A DNA stretch of 64,000 nucleotides from contig NC_042999.1 of NCBI RefSeq assembly GCF_006345805.1, forward strand, positions 18,538,001 through 18,602,000, read 5' to 3'. How positions within the stretch are numbered: position 1 is the first letter of the stretch; the number at the start of each line of letters is the position of its first letter. This DNA comes from Octopus sinensis (Eukaryota). A program made the translations under genes and the position numbers. The notes beneath the pieces are model-generated. The model did not search any database. It saw only the letters and a list, made by a program, of their open reading frames with translations, and had not been told where the DNA came from. Below are positions 39,927 to 54,625 of the stretch, piece by piece.

Positions 39927-41327
39927 TGTATGTATGTATGTATGTATGAATGTATGTTTCCATGCATGTACATCCTTATATTTGTCTACGGAGTTTATAC
40001 CTATATGTTTGTATCTGTGTTTTCGAACTGTACTCGTATGCAGTATCTCAAAGTCCCATTCTCTCTTATTACTTCTAAAAAGGCGGGGCATTTCCCAGTT
40101 ATATTTTTATATATATTATTTTCGATTCCAGTACTCATTTTAGAAAATGGACGTTAACAATTTTGCAATGAGAAAATAGGTAAAACTTATTGAACAACAT
40201 CGTTCCAATATTCACTTGGCCATATGAAATTATTCGATAAATTTATTTTAATAATGCATCACTTGCTTAAGTTTCCTTGAGATTCTTGTCTCTGTAGATT
40301 ACTACCTCTGCAAATATACTGTATGTTTCTCAGAAATTTAATATTCGCAATTCAGTTTCTTGTAGGTTATTTTTCCTTTATAGAATCACTAGCACAATAC
40401 AAGTATTATGGTTGCATGGCGTTATTTAACTGTCGTATACATTTTATAATGTCTTTATAAGTAAAATAAAGGCAATAGTAGATATATTTAATAGAATATG
40501 AGCCGTAATATTTGTGTACTTCTCAAAACAATGGCTCTCAGTATTGTTTTCAAACAATGGCCTTTGCAAATTAACATGTCTAGGATAATTCAAATCTCAT
40601 ACAAGTAACAATTGCTCTTTAAAATACTAGATTAATCAACTGTGCATTTACATTAACAGGAATTGATACACTTCATTGAGTCACTTATACGGTATCAGCT
40701 TGTAAATGGCTATTCAATTCTCGTTTCAAGAGGAATCTTTTCATAGGAAAATATAGATGTCTATTGTGTAATAGATGCGATTCCTAATGACTTGAAGATA
40801 TATTCCGCGCTACTTATGTGTCTAATATATTCAAATGATTGTAAGTTACACCAATAATTTGAACAATGGAAAAAGTTCAATGAGAGAGAAGCGCATGTTT
40901 TCTCTCATTCACACTTAAATAAAACACGATATGTCACTTTTGTTTCTTTTACTTAGATCTCTTAATGGTGCTCCTTCACATAGTGTAAGAAATAGGAAAC
41001 TTCTTTCTATTTCCTTTGTGATGGATAATATTTCTATGTCAACTTTCCCCCATGTCATACGAATTTGACTTTTTCAATTTCTAATCGAAAACCAAAAGAT
41101 CTGTGTTGTCAGTACGGATTCAGCATACACTTGCTATAGAAAGAATGGAATGAAAATGATTGGCGCTGACACCTGTTCCTATTACAATGCGTATTACTAC
41201 ACGACAAAATAGCAGAGCATTTGCTACATCTTATATTCTATGATTTTCGTATCCAAGTAATAATAATGTATTTTGCTAATATAATTGTGTTGCTATATTT
41301 CCCAAAGCCTGCTCTATAGCTTTAATA

Positions 41328-41718
41328 TCTCTATATATAAAGCTGAAGTTGTCTGTGTATGGCAGGTTTGGTAGCCTTCAACTAGCACTATCTCCTCCGA
41401 GACCCTGAGGCGTAAGTTGACCAAAATCGAGAGTCTGATGGAAAAAGGCCTGCTCTTCATTCTGAAAAAGAAAACAATAAAATCGGACCATGTTAACACC
41501 AAACCGTATTTACATCAAAAAGGTGCTTTTTTTTCTATGAAAATCCCCATTTTTTATGATTTTCTGAATGCTGTGTTACCATTTTTCAGTGTATTTCAAC
41601 CAGTAAAATGTTCACTTAAAGAGAATAACAAGCTACATAAAGCAAAATTTTTACTTTTCAAAAGTATCAATTCTAAAGGGTCGAAACAAACCCGAGCAAC
41701 GCCAGGCGATACTGCTAG
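41328..41718 (+). mobile_element. Non-autonomous Helitron
   Basis: 5' TCtctatatataaagctgaagttg; 3' acaaacccgagcaacgccaggcgatactgCTAG; A|T insertion. Confidence 0.85.
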
Positions 41719-42229
41719 TTATTTATATATCTTTTATCTGTTTATATATTTATTTATTTTTGCAGCTTGTGAAATTCATTAATTGTAATTTTATTGGAAA
41801 TTTGATAATGACAATTTAAAATATATTTTCTTAGACTGAAGACTTAAACATAGTGAAAACCGAGATATATGAAAAATATTTGAGAGATATTCAAGTGTTT
41901 GATTCTACAAAAGTGTTGACTGACATACACACACCGGTAAATAAAATGGTTTCTTTCCTGGCACTAAGCGTAAAATTACGAAACAGATCAAAAAGTAAGT
42001 CTAGCGAATCTTCATTAGAAGAAATAAAATGCTTGCTATCGGTAGTACGTTTCATGCAAAATTCTTCGTTGTTTTCAGTTAATGAGAGGTAAAAGTTAAT
42101 GATTGTCAAGGAATGAACACTACGAGATATATAACACTAAATCAGGCGAAAGAAAACAATGTTAGCATAAAAATAAACAACCTAACACTATGGCAAACAC
42201 TGAATTTACTTGTATGAACAATATATATT

Positions 42230-42637
42230 ACTATCTTGCCCACAAGGGGCTAAACATAGAGAGGACAAACAAAGACAGGCAAAGGGATTAAGTCGATTAC
42301 ATTGACCCTGGTGGGTAACTGGTACTTTATTTATCGACCCCGAAAGGATGAAAGGCAAAGTCTCGGCGGAATTTGAACTCATAACGTAACGGCAGACGAA
42401 ATGCCTATTTCTTTACTACCCACAAAAGGCTAAACACAGAGAGGACAAACAAGGACAGACAAACGGATTAAGTCGATTATATCGACGTAACTGCGTAACT
42501 GGCACTTATCTAATCGACCCCGAAAGGATGAAAGGCAAAGTCGACCTCGGCGGAATTTGAACTCAGAACGTAACGGCAGACGAAATACGGCTACTCATCT
42601 CGCCCGGCGGGCTAAAGTTTCTGCCTGCTCGCCGCCT
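42230..42637 (-). mobile_element. SINE family A dimer
   Basis: Inverse match; flanked by tatgaacaatata / tatgtacaatata TSD-like duplication. Confidence 0.9.
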
Positions 42638-43039
42638 TTTCAATATGTACAATATAGTTAAGAGCAAACCCTACTCAAGAGAACGAATGGAAATGTCAGC
42701 AACATTAGAACGAATCAATAATTGATTAAAATCACATATAAATCAAAAGCAACGAATTACTACTACTAAACGTTCTACGAATTAATAATGCATTATAAAG
42801 CAACGCCATAAATAACCAAGCAAATATGCAGCAGTAGAATGGTTCTTTTATTTTAATACAGAAATATTGTCATGAAACTTTTAATGAAATAAGGTTTACT
42901 ATGAACAGGAAAATACATCAAAAGCAGATCACAATGAAGAAAGCCACAACCACAAACGACACAGACTTCAACCGATATAATTTACACGGGTGATAGTAGG
43001 TATTCATCACACTATACATAACACTGTGTATATATTGTT

Positions 43040-43592
43040 TTCAGATTTTAGCACCAGCAATTTCGTAGGAATGTGGTAAGTCGATTATATCGACGACGGG
43101 GCTTTATCAACGATGAAACGTGAAGTCGACCACGGTGGAATTTGTACAGAGAACGTACACACGAACGAAATGCTTATTTCTTTACTGCCCACAAGAGGCT
43201 AAACACAGAGAGGGCAAACAAGTACAGACAAACGGTTTAAGTCGATTATATCGACCCCAGTGCGTAACTGCTAATTATTAAATCGACCCCGAAAGGATGA
43301 AAGGCAAAGTTAACCTCGGCGGAATTTGAACTCAGAACGTAGTGCAAGACGAAAAACCTATTTCTTTACTACCCACAAAGGGCTAAACATAGAGGGGACA
43401 AACAAGGACAGACAAACGGATTAATTCGATTACATCGACCCCAGTGCATAACTGGTACTTAATTTATGGACCCCGAATGGATGAAAGGCACAGTCGACCT
43501 CGGCGGAATTTGAAATCAGAACGTAGCGGAAGACGAAATACCACTAAGCAAAGCACTTCGCCTGGCGTGCTAACGATTGTGCCAGCTCGCGC
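43040..43592 (-). mobile_element. SINE family A multimer
   Basis: Head at ~43590, two cores, then a variant unit. Confidence 0.85.
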
Positions 43593-43769
43593 GTTAACAT
43601 TTTACACAATTTACAAACCCAACTCTTTATATTGTACCGGGAGAAAATGTATTTCAGTGACGAATTCATAACCTTTTAGCACTGCATTATCTTGGCATAT
43701 ATAGATGTATGCCAAGATAAGGTATACCAAGATATATACCCAATATGGAAATGAATATAAATTTTCATA

Positions 43770-44800
43770 TCGATATAATCGACTTAATCCGTTTGTCTGT
43801 CCTTGTTTGTCCTCTCTGTGTTTAGCCCCTTGTGGATAGTAAAGAAATAGGTATTTTGTCTGCCGTTACGCTCTGGGTTCAAATTCCGCCGAGGTCGACT
43901 TTGCCTATTTCGTCTGTCTTTATGTTCTGAGTTGAAATTCTGCTGAGATCGACTTTGCCTTTCACCCTTTTGGGTTCGATAAATTATGTACCGGTTGCAT
44001 ACTGACGTCGATCTAATCGACTGGGCCCCCTTCCCCAAAATTTTGGACCTTGTCCGAAGTGTAGAAAAGCATTTACTTTGAACATGTTTTCATTTCTAAC
44101 AATATCCGACATTTCAGATTCTGTGAACAACTAGGATTATTATGGGTAACTCGAATTCTTCTAAATGCCTCACATCCTTTCGGGGTCGATAAATTAAGTA
44201 CCAGTTAGGCACTGGGGTCGATGTAATCGACTTAATCCTTGTGTCTGTCCTTGTTTGTCCCCTCTATGTTTAGCCCCTTGTGGGTAGTAATAAATTGCTA
44301 TTTCGTCTGCCGCTATGCTCTGAATTCATATTCCGCAGAGGTCGACTTTGCCTTTCATCCTTTCGAGGTCGATTAGATAAGTACCAGTTACACACTGGGG
44401 TCGATGTAATCAACTTAATCCCTTTGTCTGTTCTTGTTTGTCCCTTCTGTGTCTAGCTCATTGTGGGCAGTAAAAAAATCTGAAACGTTTGCACTCCGGG
44501 TGAAATGCTTGGTGATATTTCATCTGTCTTTATGTTCTGAGTTGAAATTCTAGTGAGATCGACTTTGTCTTTCACCCTTTCGGGTTCGATAAATTAAGTA
44601 CCAGTTGCATACTGACGTCGATCTAATCGACTGGGCCCCCTCTCCCAAAACTTCATACCTTTTCCCAAGAGTAGAAAAGAATTTACTTCAAACATGTTTT
44701 CATTTGTAATGTAACAACATCCGACATTTCAAATTTCTGTGAATAACTAGGATTATTATGGTCAACTTGAATTCTTCTAAATGCCAACGTGCCTCACATA
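43770..44800 (+). mobile_element. SINE family A cluster with local tandem duplication
   Basis: 43914-44176 duplicated at 44524-44799, including non-SINE flank. Confidence 0.85.
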
Positions 44801-45719
44801 TATGTAGGGCTGTCCATCTATAAACTATTTTCGTGTTTTCTTATAACTGCTTATAAGCTTTCATGTAGCATCAAGGAATTTTTTGCAGCGTGATCATTTA
44901 TAATCTCAGCGAATTATGTAAAATTGTGTACATGACACAACATGAACAATTCAACAACTATGTTTCCACATTTGTGTAATAATTATAACAGCCATTGTAC
45001 ATAAATTCAAATTAAATATATATATATAATTTTGTGAATAATATTTATAACATGGTGAATATTTTCCTGCTTTGCTTTATCTGAATCGATACATGTGGTT
45101 GATCTGGTTCTCTGATCTCATTGTAACTGATTTTCATGGAATGTAGCAGGAAATATTGAAATTGTCACTAAAAGGATAAACATGTGTATGCGAGTATGCA
45201 ATGAACTATGGTTAGTTCCATTTGATAAATTACTAGCTAACTCGTTCAACATTTATGAATTCAATCCAATTGCTCAGATATTCCCACCATTTTGAATACA
45301 TGACCGTCAAAGATATAAAATATAAAGCACAATTTATTCACATAGAAATAAATAAAAAGATCTAACTTTTTTTTTTAGTTTCCGGCAATGTTGATATTAT
45401 ATTGAGTGATATAACTAATGTCAATGATATTATTGGAAATTGTGGTTTATAGTTTATTTTTTCTATGCTCATGCTATTTATTTCTGTTGCCATAGCAATA
45501 ATTGTTGTTATCATGGTCGTAATCATTTTAGTTTTATTATTGTCGCTCCAGAGAAGAACAGTTAAGCAGGCTTAAGCACATTGTAACCTTAAACTACTCA
45601 TTTTCTGTTCCCTGTTGGAGATATTCCAATTCGCTCACGCGTTTATAACTTTAAGTAAAGGCATGAATGTAACAAATTACCCAATTAATCTTTGATTGAT
45701 GTTTTTCTGAAAAGAAAAT

Positions 45720-45808
45720 TATCATTATTATTATTATTATTATCATTATTATTATTAGTAGTAGTAGTAGTAGTAGTCGTAGCAGTATCATTATTATTAT
45801 TATTAGTA

Positions 45809-45851
<43 letters not shown>

Positions 45852-45912
45852 CATTATTATCATTATTATTATCATTATTATTATCATTATTATTATTATT
45901 ATTATTATTATT
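45720..45912. repeat. (TTA)n/(TAG)n microsatellite
   Basis: Direct reading. Confidence 0.95.
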
Positions 45913-47095
45913 TCATTTTTTCCATTTCGTACACACATACACTCTCTCTCTCTCCCTCTCTTCCTCTCTCTGTCTCTCTGCACAACCAAACACAGTTCTA
46001 TCATTGTTGGATAAACGCTGCATTTTGTATATATATATATATATATGCGTGGTATATCATGTGTGTGTATGTGTGTGTGCACGCCTGCGTGCGTATGATA
46101 TGCCACAAACCTACGGCACTCTAGTAAAACATAAATAAAATGCTTCACGCATTCATCACTGAGAGAAGCATGCTTGGTTGCGTAGCGAGAGTGACAGTAT
46201 GCAATGACAAAATAAAGAATAAATATAGACTTATATATTTATGCATATATGCATATGTATAGGCATGCACATAATGCCTGTTGGGGATATTGTACATGTG
46301 ATATGTATAGCAATAATGGACGATTTGTTTTATTTTTATTTTTCAGCTTTTTCTTGTTCCAAACGCTTGTATTAATATGGGAATTGTTTCTGTTTCCAAT
46401 CCTTACCTCCTCGCTGTAACTATTTCCAGTTGTGTGTATGCGTTTGTGACTGTGTGTGTGGTGTCTGTATTCATATTTCTATATGTTTGTGTGTGCGTGT
46501 ATCTGTATCTCAATATCTTAGTTATATGTTATTCATTGTAGACCTTAACAAATATATTCGGACGCACAATCACAGAGTATATAATAAATCAGTAAGCCGC
46601 AGTATATGATTAGTTTTCTTCCCTTTTAATGGTCTGCATTTGTATAGTCTTCGTCCTGCAGTTATTCAGTTATGCTACTATTATTTCATTCTATGGATTC
46701 CGTTGTCCCAACATCAAGATTTCATAATTTCAAGTGCCCAACCACACATTATGTGATCGATTGTACCATTTACTTGTTATTACGATCTTGCGCTTTTCGT
46801 TACTGGCTTCTGCTGACAGATCTATGATCTTAAGCCGCTCACAAAAATTCTTTGTGTTAAACTTTTAGTAAATCACTCCTTAGGACTTTCATCTCTTATC
46901 GTTTTATATTTCTGCTTTAATAACTCTTCTTAGGTGTTCTCTAATATAAATATTTGAAGCAACAAATAGCATGAGTGTTAATCCTGTTTTCAGTTAAGGC
47001 TGTAGTTTTGTTCATAATGTAGTGCCATTGTTTCACCGTGCTTCTAATATTTCTCTGTTATATTCGTTTGTATTCTTGAAAGCAAAATAAATAAC

Positions 47096-47327
47096 GGAGA
47101 TGTACTTGCATAGCGAGTGACCAGATCTGAGATCGTGTGCCGAAAGAAAATCAATTGAAGCGTGTAATGAGTTTATAAACCATTTAAAAACACATAAAAA
47201 CTTTTAGATTCACTTCAACAATTAAATTTAATTTGTCAAAATATTTTCGTCCCTTCGAAACCGCGACCCGTTCGCTGGCAAAATTCTGTGTGTTTTTAAA
47301 TAGCTTATAAACACCTTCCACGCTGCA
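47096..47327 (-). mobile_element. Miniature fold-back copy of the PLE terminal repeat
   Basis: 47096-47283 matches 16557-16740; 47287-47327 is an inverted piece of it. Confidence 0.8.
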
Positions 47328-47814
47328 AAAAAATAACGTTGCTTATTATTCAAAATATATTATATTTGATTCTGCTTGCTATCCTCAAGTGAGGATATTA
47401 ATTAATTTATTTGAAAATCAACGAAAGCTCTAAATACTACCATATGATAGCAAAATTGTGATCTACGTAGATGAATTAAAAGACTTTCTAACAAAATCGA
47501 TGTCTCAAAATGTCATTTTATACACCATATAAAATATATAAGTGACATGCAGACACTTCGAAGAGCACACTTACGAACGAGAGTCTCTCCATTAGACACA
47601 GAACATCTGAAATTGTTTGAGATGTGGAAGATTAAACCACTTTTACTCAAACAACATTATTCTGCCTTTCATTTTGTTGTTAATCTACATTTACATTTCT
47701 TTCAACACAAACTTTTCACCTTTTTCATGCCAAGCCATTGCATATGTATCAGTTTTTTTCTTGATCCTGCGTGTGTGTCTTCGTTTCGAGACTAAAATAT
47801 ACAAATATACATAT

Positions 47815-48000
47815 AAGAGATCGCTGAATTCTACATTGTTTTTCATTCTCCCTGTTTATTTTATCTTAATCCTTTCTGTTGAAGAGCGTAGGCTCGAAAC
47901 GTAAAATACTTTTTCATTTTTCCGTGCGTCAAAATAATACACCTGCTTGTTGTTCATACACCTGTCTCCATTTTTTCTTTTTCTATAAATTTCAACTATA
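47815..48000 (+). mobile_element. Family H2 element
   Basis: ctttCTGTTGAAgagcgtaggctcGAAACGTAaaa identical to the 28480-28514 core. Confidence 0.65.
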
Positions 48001-49043
48001 TATAGTTATATGTATATGCTTATATTTTCTCTTCAGGAAAATCGGGAACACCTCTGCTTAACCGGGGAACATATACATCGAATAAACATACGTCATGTAG
48101 CATGATAAATGCAGAATAGTTCATAAATTGAACATGCACAGACACACAAGGATATATCCGCATACGTACACGAAAATATTCATAATATCACCCTTCATTA
48201 CGCTATAATTCTGTCACCACGTGATACATATGTCAGCGTTTGTACCATTGTGTTCATGTGTATGTGTGTGTGTCTACACTAAGTAATAAGACACATTCAC
48301 AATCCGAATACGGGTCATAATTAGTCACATATATGCACTGTCGATAATATTATCATATTGCAAATGATATTCTTTTTATCATGCATGTTTTATTTATATT
48401 ATGGAATCTATATTGAGTGATTGCTTTTATTCTTTATAGCTTTTAATATCAATGTCGGGGGTGGGGTTATTGTTTATATTGTATTAGATATCTAGCACGT
48501 TAAAATTAATTTACTGTTTAAACAGTGACATATATGGTAGTATTTTAATGCCTCTTCATCATAATCAACATCAGCATAGTCAACAGCAGCTTTATTTTCT
48601 TCATGAACAACAACAGCAATAACGCAAAAAACAATCGACTACCGTTAACACTAGCCTTGAGCAAAAGGATAAAATTAAGTCCATTATCGCTATCCTAACT
48701 TCATTGATAGACACAGAACAAGTGTTCTACGCGTACGTCATGAACTTTTGTTTTCGTACAGCATTCTTGATTGTATAGCTATATACTTAAGCAGTGACCA
48801 CCAAAAGTCCAGTTCTTTATTGCGATGTGGTGGCTTACGTGTCTTGGAGACTACGGAAGCTAACTGAAATGAACGAAGTGGGCATCGAAAATCAGTGTCC
48901 TGTTTCACGCATTTATAATTTAAAAATTGTAAAATTTAAGTAATGTGTAAATTAGTGACCGATAAAAAACCCACAAGATATAAATGTATAAGGGAATAGC
49001 TATGAAAATAACAATATCCGCATGTATTATACACATGTTGATA

Positions 49044-49518
49044 AGGCGGCGAGTGGGCAGCGAGGTTACCTCGCCGGGTAAAATGATTAGCGGCATGTCG
49101 TTCGTCTGTACATTCTCAGTTCAAATTCCACCGTGGTCGACTTTTCGTTTCATAGTTGATAAAGCCCTGTCGTCGATATAATCGATTTACCCCATTAAGG
49201 CGGTGTTTAGCCCCTTGTGGGTAGTAAAGAAATAGATATGAATTCGTCACTGAACTACATTTGTTCCCGGTACAATGTAAAGTATTAAGACGGCGAGCTG
49301 GCAGAAATGTTAGCATGCCGGGCGAAATGTCTAGCCGTATTTCGTCTGCCGCTACGTTCTGAGTTCAAATTCCGCCGAGGTCGACTTTGCCTTTCATCCT
49401 TTCGGTGATCGATTAAATAAGTACCAGTTACGCACTGTGGTTTAATGTAATCGAATTAGTCCCTTTGTCTGTCGTTGTTTGTCCCCTCTATGTTTAGCCC
49501 CTTGTGGGCAATCAAGAA
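49044..49518 (+). mobile_element. Variant SINE, spacer, then family A SINE
   Basis: Heads at 49044 and 49289. Confidence 0.85.
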
Positions 49519-50730
49519 TTAAATTGTGAACATTGTTATATTATAAAATTGCATTGAACATACAGATTTTATAGAGAAAATCAGATACATGGTGGTACTT
49601 TTGGCGGTTAAGCGGATGAAATACACACGCTCACAGATATCTGAATGAATACACGTACTCACACAAAATACACAGACATAGATGCATACACACATATGTG
49701 TATGTGAATTTATTTTCAATAACTATGGTGGTAAGTTTGTAATTATTTTATAGCCTATTATATGCAGACAGATAGATAATGATCTTGCTTGTAATTTTAA
49801 GTTCAAATCCGTCTTTATTTTCTTTGATCAAAAAAAGATTTTCTTTTTTTTCTGTTTACTGGAACCTATCAGGAATTGAAATGGTATCTAAATGTATATG
49901 ATGAATGGTGGAAGAGAATTTTATATATTCCTTCTCTTAATAACGAGGGAATCTTCAAAGAAATCTTTGTTATTTAAGATGTTGTGATTATATTAGAAGG
50001 AAGATTTTTGTAAAATTGCTTAATCATTGTTTGGGTGATAAAATGCTACTATTAAATCTTGACGAAACAATATATTAGGAAAAATAATAGACTTAGCAAA
50101 TGAATAGTAAATCAAAGTACTTTGAGTTTAAATTAACAGAGAATAAATGAACGATGCAGGGTACGTATTACAGCCCATCACTATAAATAATTAGTACCTG
50201 TTTAAATGTTGTCCACTAAACCAGAATCGGCTATTAAAACAAAACAAAAACTGAAATAAGCTTAACAAATAAATAAAACGTCTCGTTTACATTGTTATTA
50301 AATAAACTCTGAGATAGTCAGGCGAACTTCTGTAATTAAATGATGCAAGTTTTATCCCATGTTATTTTCCATGGCATGCCGTTCACAGAGTTTGTTCAAA
50401 GAATGAGAATATATCTTACTTCTGTTGTTAAATTTTTAGTGACAAATTAGTTGAATAGAGGCGGGAGCGGTTTATCATAGGTTGGTAGACATGCTTAGAA
50501 ATGCAAACACGAATGCAGATTTACATTTCGCAAGGATATAGTTCAACACAAAAAACACAACATACACACACATATGCATACATGTATGGGGGTGTTTGTG
50601 TGTGTGCATCTTTGTGTGGCTGTGTGTGTGTGCTTATGCGTTGTGCATTGTTGTACGTGAAACAGTTGAAAAGAGGAGTGCTTAGTATCTGTACTTAAGT
50701 ATTTTTAACTGCGGCTGTGAGTTTGGGTAC

Positions 50731-50734
<4 letters not shown>

Positions 50735-50808
<74 letters not shown>

Positions 50809-51383
50809 TATATATATATATAGATATATATATATATATATTATATATATATATAGATATATATATATATAAGATATATATATATATATATATAATATAT
50901 ATATATACATATAATATATACATATATATAATATATATATATATATCATATATATATATATACTATATATATATATACAGATATATATATATACATTATA
51001 TATATATATACATACATAAATATATATTTACATACATAAATATATATTTACATACATATATACATATATATATATACATATATATATATAACATATATAT
51101 ATATATTACATATATATATATACATATATATATACATATATATATACATATATAATATATATACATATATATATATACATATATATATAACATATATATA
51201 TATACATATATATATATATACATATATATATATACATATATATATATACATATATATTATATACATATATATATATACATATATAATATATACATATATA
51301 TATATATCTATATATATATACATATATATATACATATAATATATATACATATATATATATATATTACATATATATATATATCA

Positions 51384-51418
<35 letters not shown>

Positions 51419-51423
51419 TATAC

Positions 51424-51456
<33 letters not shown>

Positions 51457-51752
51457 ATATATATACATATAATATATACATATATATATATATATACATA
51501 TATATATTATATATACATATATATATATATATATAATATATATATACACACATATATATACATATATATATATACACACATATATATACATATATATATA
51601 CACACATATATATACATATATATTATATACACACATATATATACATATATATATATATAATATATATATATATATATACATACATATATATATAACATAT
51701 ATATATACACACATATATACATATATATATATTATATATATATATATATTAT

Positions 51753-51784
<32 letters not shown>

Positions 51785-51797
51785 ATATATATATATA
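50735..51797. repeat. ~1 kb degenerate (TA)n/(TACA) tract
   Basis: Direct reading. Confidence 0.95.
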
Positions 51798-52584
51798 AAA
51801 TTGTTTTATTTGTTTCAGCGATGCGGTTACGATCATGCTAGAGCTTCAACGTAATTTTGTGCTTTTACTTATCATTGCTCATCGTCTGATTTTCTTTTTT
51901 CCGGTCGGTGGGATTTCATATCACCACTCTTGCATGTGCATTTTCTCATGGTTTTTGGTCTACTTTTGGTGTATGAGAGATTTTGACATTGCTGCACTCT
52001 AACCTAACCCTGACCCTAACCTCATGAAAAGCCATCAGTTAATCTGGTATTGAGAAAAGGAAAATGCTTAGTTCCTTTTTGAGTCCATGCACGTCCACAT
52101 TGCGTAAACTCCCATATGTTTTCGCGAGTCATTGAAAAGCTGTGGGCCCTAGAACTTAAGCTTTTGCAGTATCTTGTCCTCAATCAAGATGGAGTGGACG
52201 TACCTTTGATAAAATAAAATAACGTCCATTTCAGACCTTTCTATAACAGTCGATGCTGAAATTAGATACTAGCTCTTCTAGAATTTTCCATATGTAGATT
52301 AGTGACATATTATAATCTGTAATTCAATCTAGAAGTACTGCAAAACATAAATCTGCTTTTTTAGCTCCTCGTTCCCTCTAAGAAAGATCATATGAGCACT
52401 TACGCCTGTGAATTTTCTCTTTCGTTATTAATTGTTCACTTATACACACACACAATCACATTCACACATACACCCCCACATCCTTACACACAAACACGTA
52501 CGCATATTTCTATCTGTTTATCTATTTACCTATCTAGCTATATATGATTGTATGTATGTGTGTATGTATACAAGTACATATAAA

Positions 52585-52885
52585 AAACTGGTACTTATTT
52601 CATCGACCCCGAAAGGATGAAAGGCAAAGTCAACCTCGGCGGCACTTGAACTCAAAGTAACGGCAGACTAAATACCCATTTATTTACTACCCACAAAGGG
52701 GCTAAACACAGAGGGGAAAACAAGGACAGACAAACGGATTAAGTCGATTACATCGACCCCAGTGCGTAACTGGTACTTATTTAATCGACCCCGAAAGAAT
52801 GGCATGCAAAGTCGACCTCGGCGGAATGTGAACTCACACGTAACGATATACGAAATACCGCTAATGTTTCTGCTAACTTGCCACC
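52585..52885 (-). mobile_element. SINE family A (1.5 units)
   Basis: Inverse match to the core. Confidence 0.85.
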
Positions 52886-52969
52886 TCGCTACTCCAGTAT
52901 ATTAATTCATTAAAAAAAACTCTTCCATACGCTATTCATTGTATATATTCGTACATAATACATCATATA

Positions 52970-53300
52970 GTGGAAGCGCAAAGGCCCCGTGGTTATGGCA
53001 GTGGACTCGCGGTTGTAGAATAGCGGTTTCTATTCCCAGACCGGTCGTTGTGAGTGTTTATTGAGTGAAACACCTCTTTCACCACAACTTTGTCATACTT
53101 TTTCTACCTGTTTGTTGTACCTGTATTTCAGAGGGCCAGCTTTGTCCCACTCTGTGTCACGCTGAATCTCCCCGAGAACTACGTTAAATGTACATTTGTC
53201 TGTGGAGCGCTCAGCCACTTGCATGTTAATTTCACGAGCATGCTGTTCCGTTGATCGGATCAAATGGGAACCTCTTCGTCGTCGTAACCGACGGAGTGCC
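52970..53300 (+). mobile_element. SINE family C
   Basis: gtggaagcgcaaaggcccc...ggactcgcgg...cgtaaccgacggagtgcc. Confidence 0.85.
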
Positions 53301-54147
53301 TCTCATACTTCATACAACCTAAAAGCGGTCATTTGCTTATTTTAGTTATTTCTCTTTGCTCATGTTTTAAATAAAGAAATAGATACACTTTCAGTTATTT
53401 AATGGAATTTTTAATTGCTATCTTATTTCTGTCAGAGATATTTACAACGGAAATAGAGATCGAAATGGTTTCATTTACATCCTGTTTCCTGTTATATATT
53501 ACCTTTTCTCTCTATGATTTTGTCGCTCTTAATTTATTTCATCGTGATCATATTCATCATCACCATTGTCGTCGTCATCTTGTTCATCAACATCATCATT
53601 CCTTCTGTAGCACTATCTCCTCCCACTCCTCATTTTCATCATCACTATTATCATCATCATCATCATCCTCATTGTTGTAGTCTTCTTTTCCATTATATGT
53701 TTTTTGTTTGTAAATTTTCTTTTCTTATCAATTTAAATACAACCAATATTTTCATTTTTTTTTTTTTGTGAAAATATATAATTTCCGTATCGTTCTCACC
53801 ATCCATCCTTTTCACCTTCCATCACCATTATTATCAAAAACCAAAAATTTTTTCACATCCTTCATATTCATTTCCATTTTCCTTATCCTATCCTCCTCCT
53901 CACTACATCACCCCTCCCCTATACAATATCTACTTTTTCTCCTTATTATCATGATCTTTACCTGCGTCCTCTTCATCCTCATTTATTCGTAGTCAGCATC
54001 ATTATCACCCATCATGCGTTTTCGCTTCTTAAAGTTTGTTTAGCCACTTCTGATTAACCAAAACTATGATTTATACGATTCAAAAAGATTCATCGTTACC
54101 CTTAATAAAATTTGTCACCATTTATTGTGGTGGTAGATTATTTGAGA

Positions 54148-54625
54148 GTGGAGGCGCGTAGCTTAGTGGTTATGGTGTCAGCATCATGATCGTAAGATTG
54201 TGGTTTCAATTCTTGGACCGGGCGACGCGTTGCATTCTTGGGCAAAACACTTCATTTCACGTTGCGCCAATCTACTCAGCTGGCAAATATAAATAACGCT
54301 GCGATGGACTGGCGTCCCAACCACCTGGGGAACACATACGCCATAGAAACCGGGAAACCGGTCCATGAGCCTGGCTAGGCTTTAAAAGAGTACATTTATT
54401 TGTGGAGGCACGTGGCTTAGTGGTTAGGGTGTCAGCGCCAGAATCATAAGATTCTGGTTTCGATTCCTGGACCGGGCGACGCATTTTGTTCTTGAGTAAA
54501 ACACTTCATTTCACGTTGCTTTATTCCACTCAGCTGGCAAAAATGAGTAACGCTGCGATGGACTGGCTAGGGAAAACATACGCCAGAGAAATCGGGAAAA
54601 TGGCTAGACTTTAAAAGGGCGCATA
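54148..54625 (+). mobile_element. Tandem SINE family D variant (2 copies)
   Basis: gtggaggcgcgt(a/g)gcttagtggtta heads at 54148 and 54402; alternative tail gctgcgatggactgg...ctttaaaag. Confidence 0.85.

Noticed and set aside
41830-41865. CTGAAGA...GAAA hammerhead-like spacing
   Set aside because: No convincing stems I-III.
43687-43720. 13-bp-stem hairpin ttatcttggcata/tatgccaagataa
   Set aside because: Short, AT-rich, no associated element ends; likely slippage product.
51996-52024. Telomere-like ctaaccctgaccctaacc
   Set aside because: Only 3-4 degenerate units, internal; not a chromosome end.
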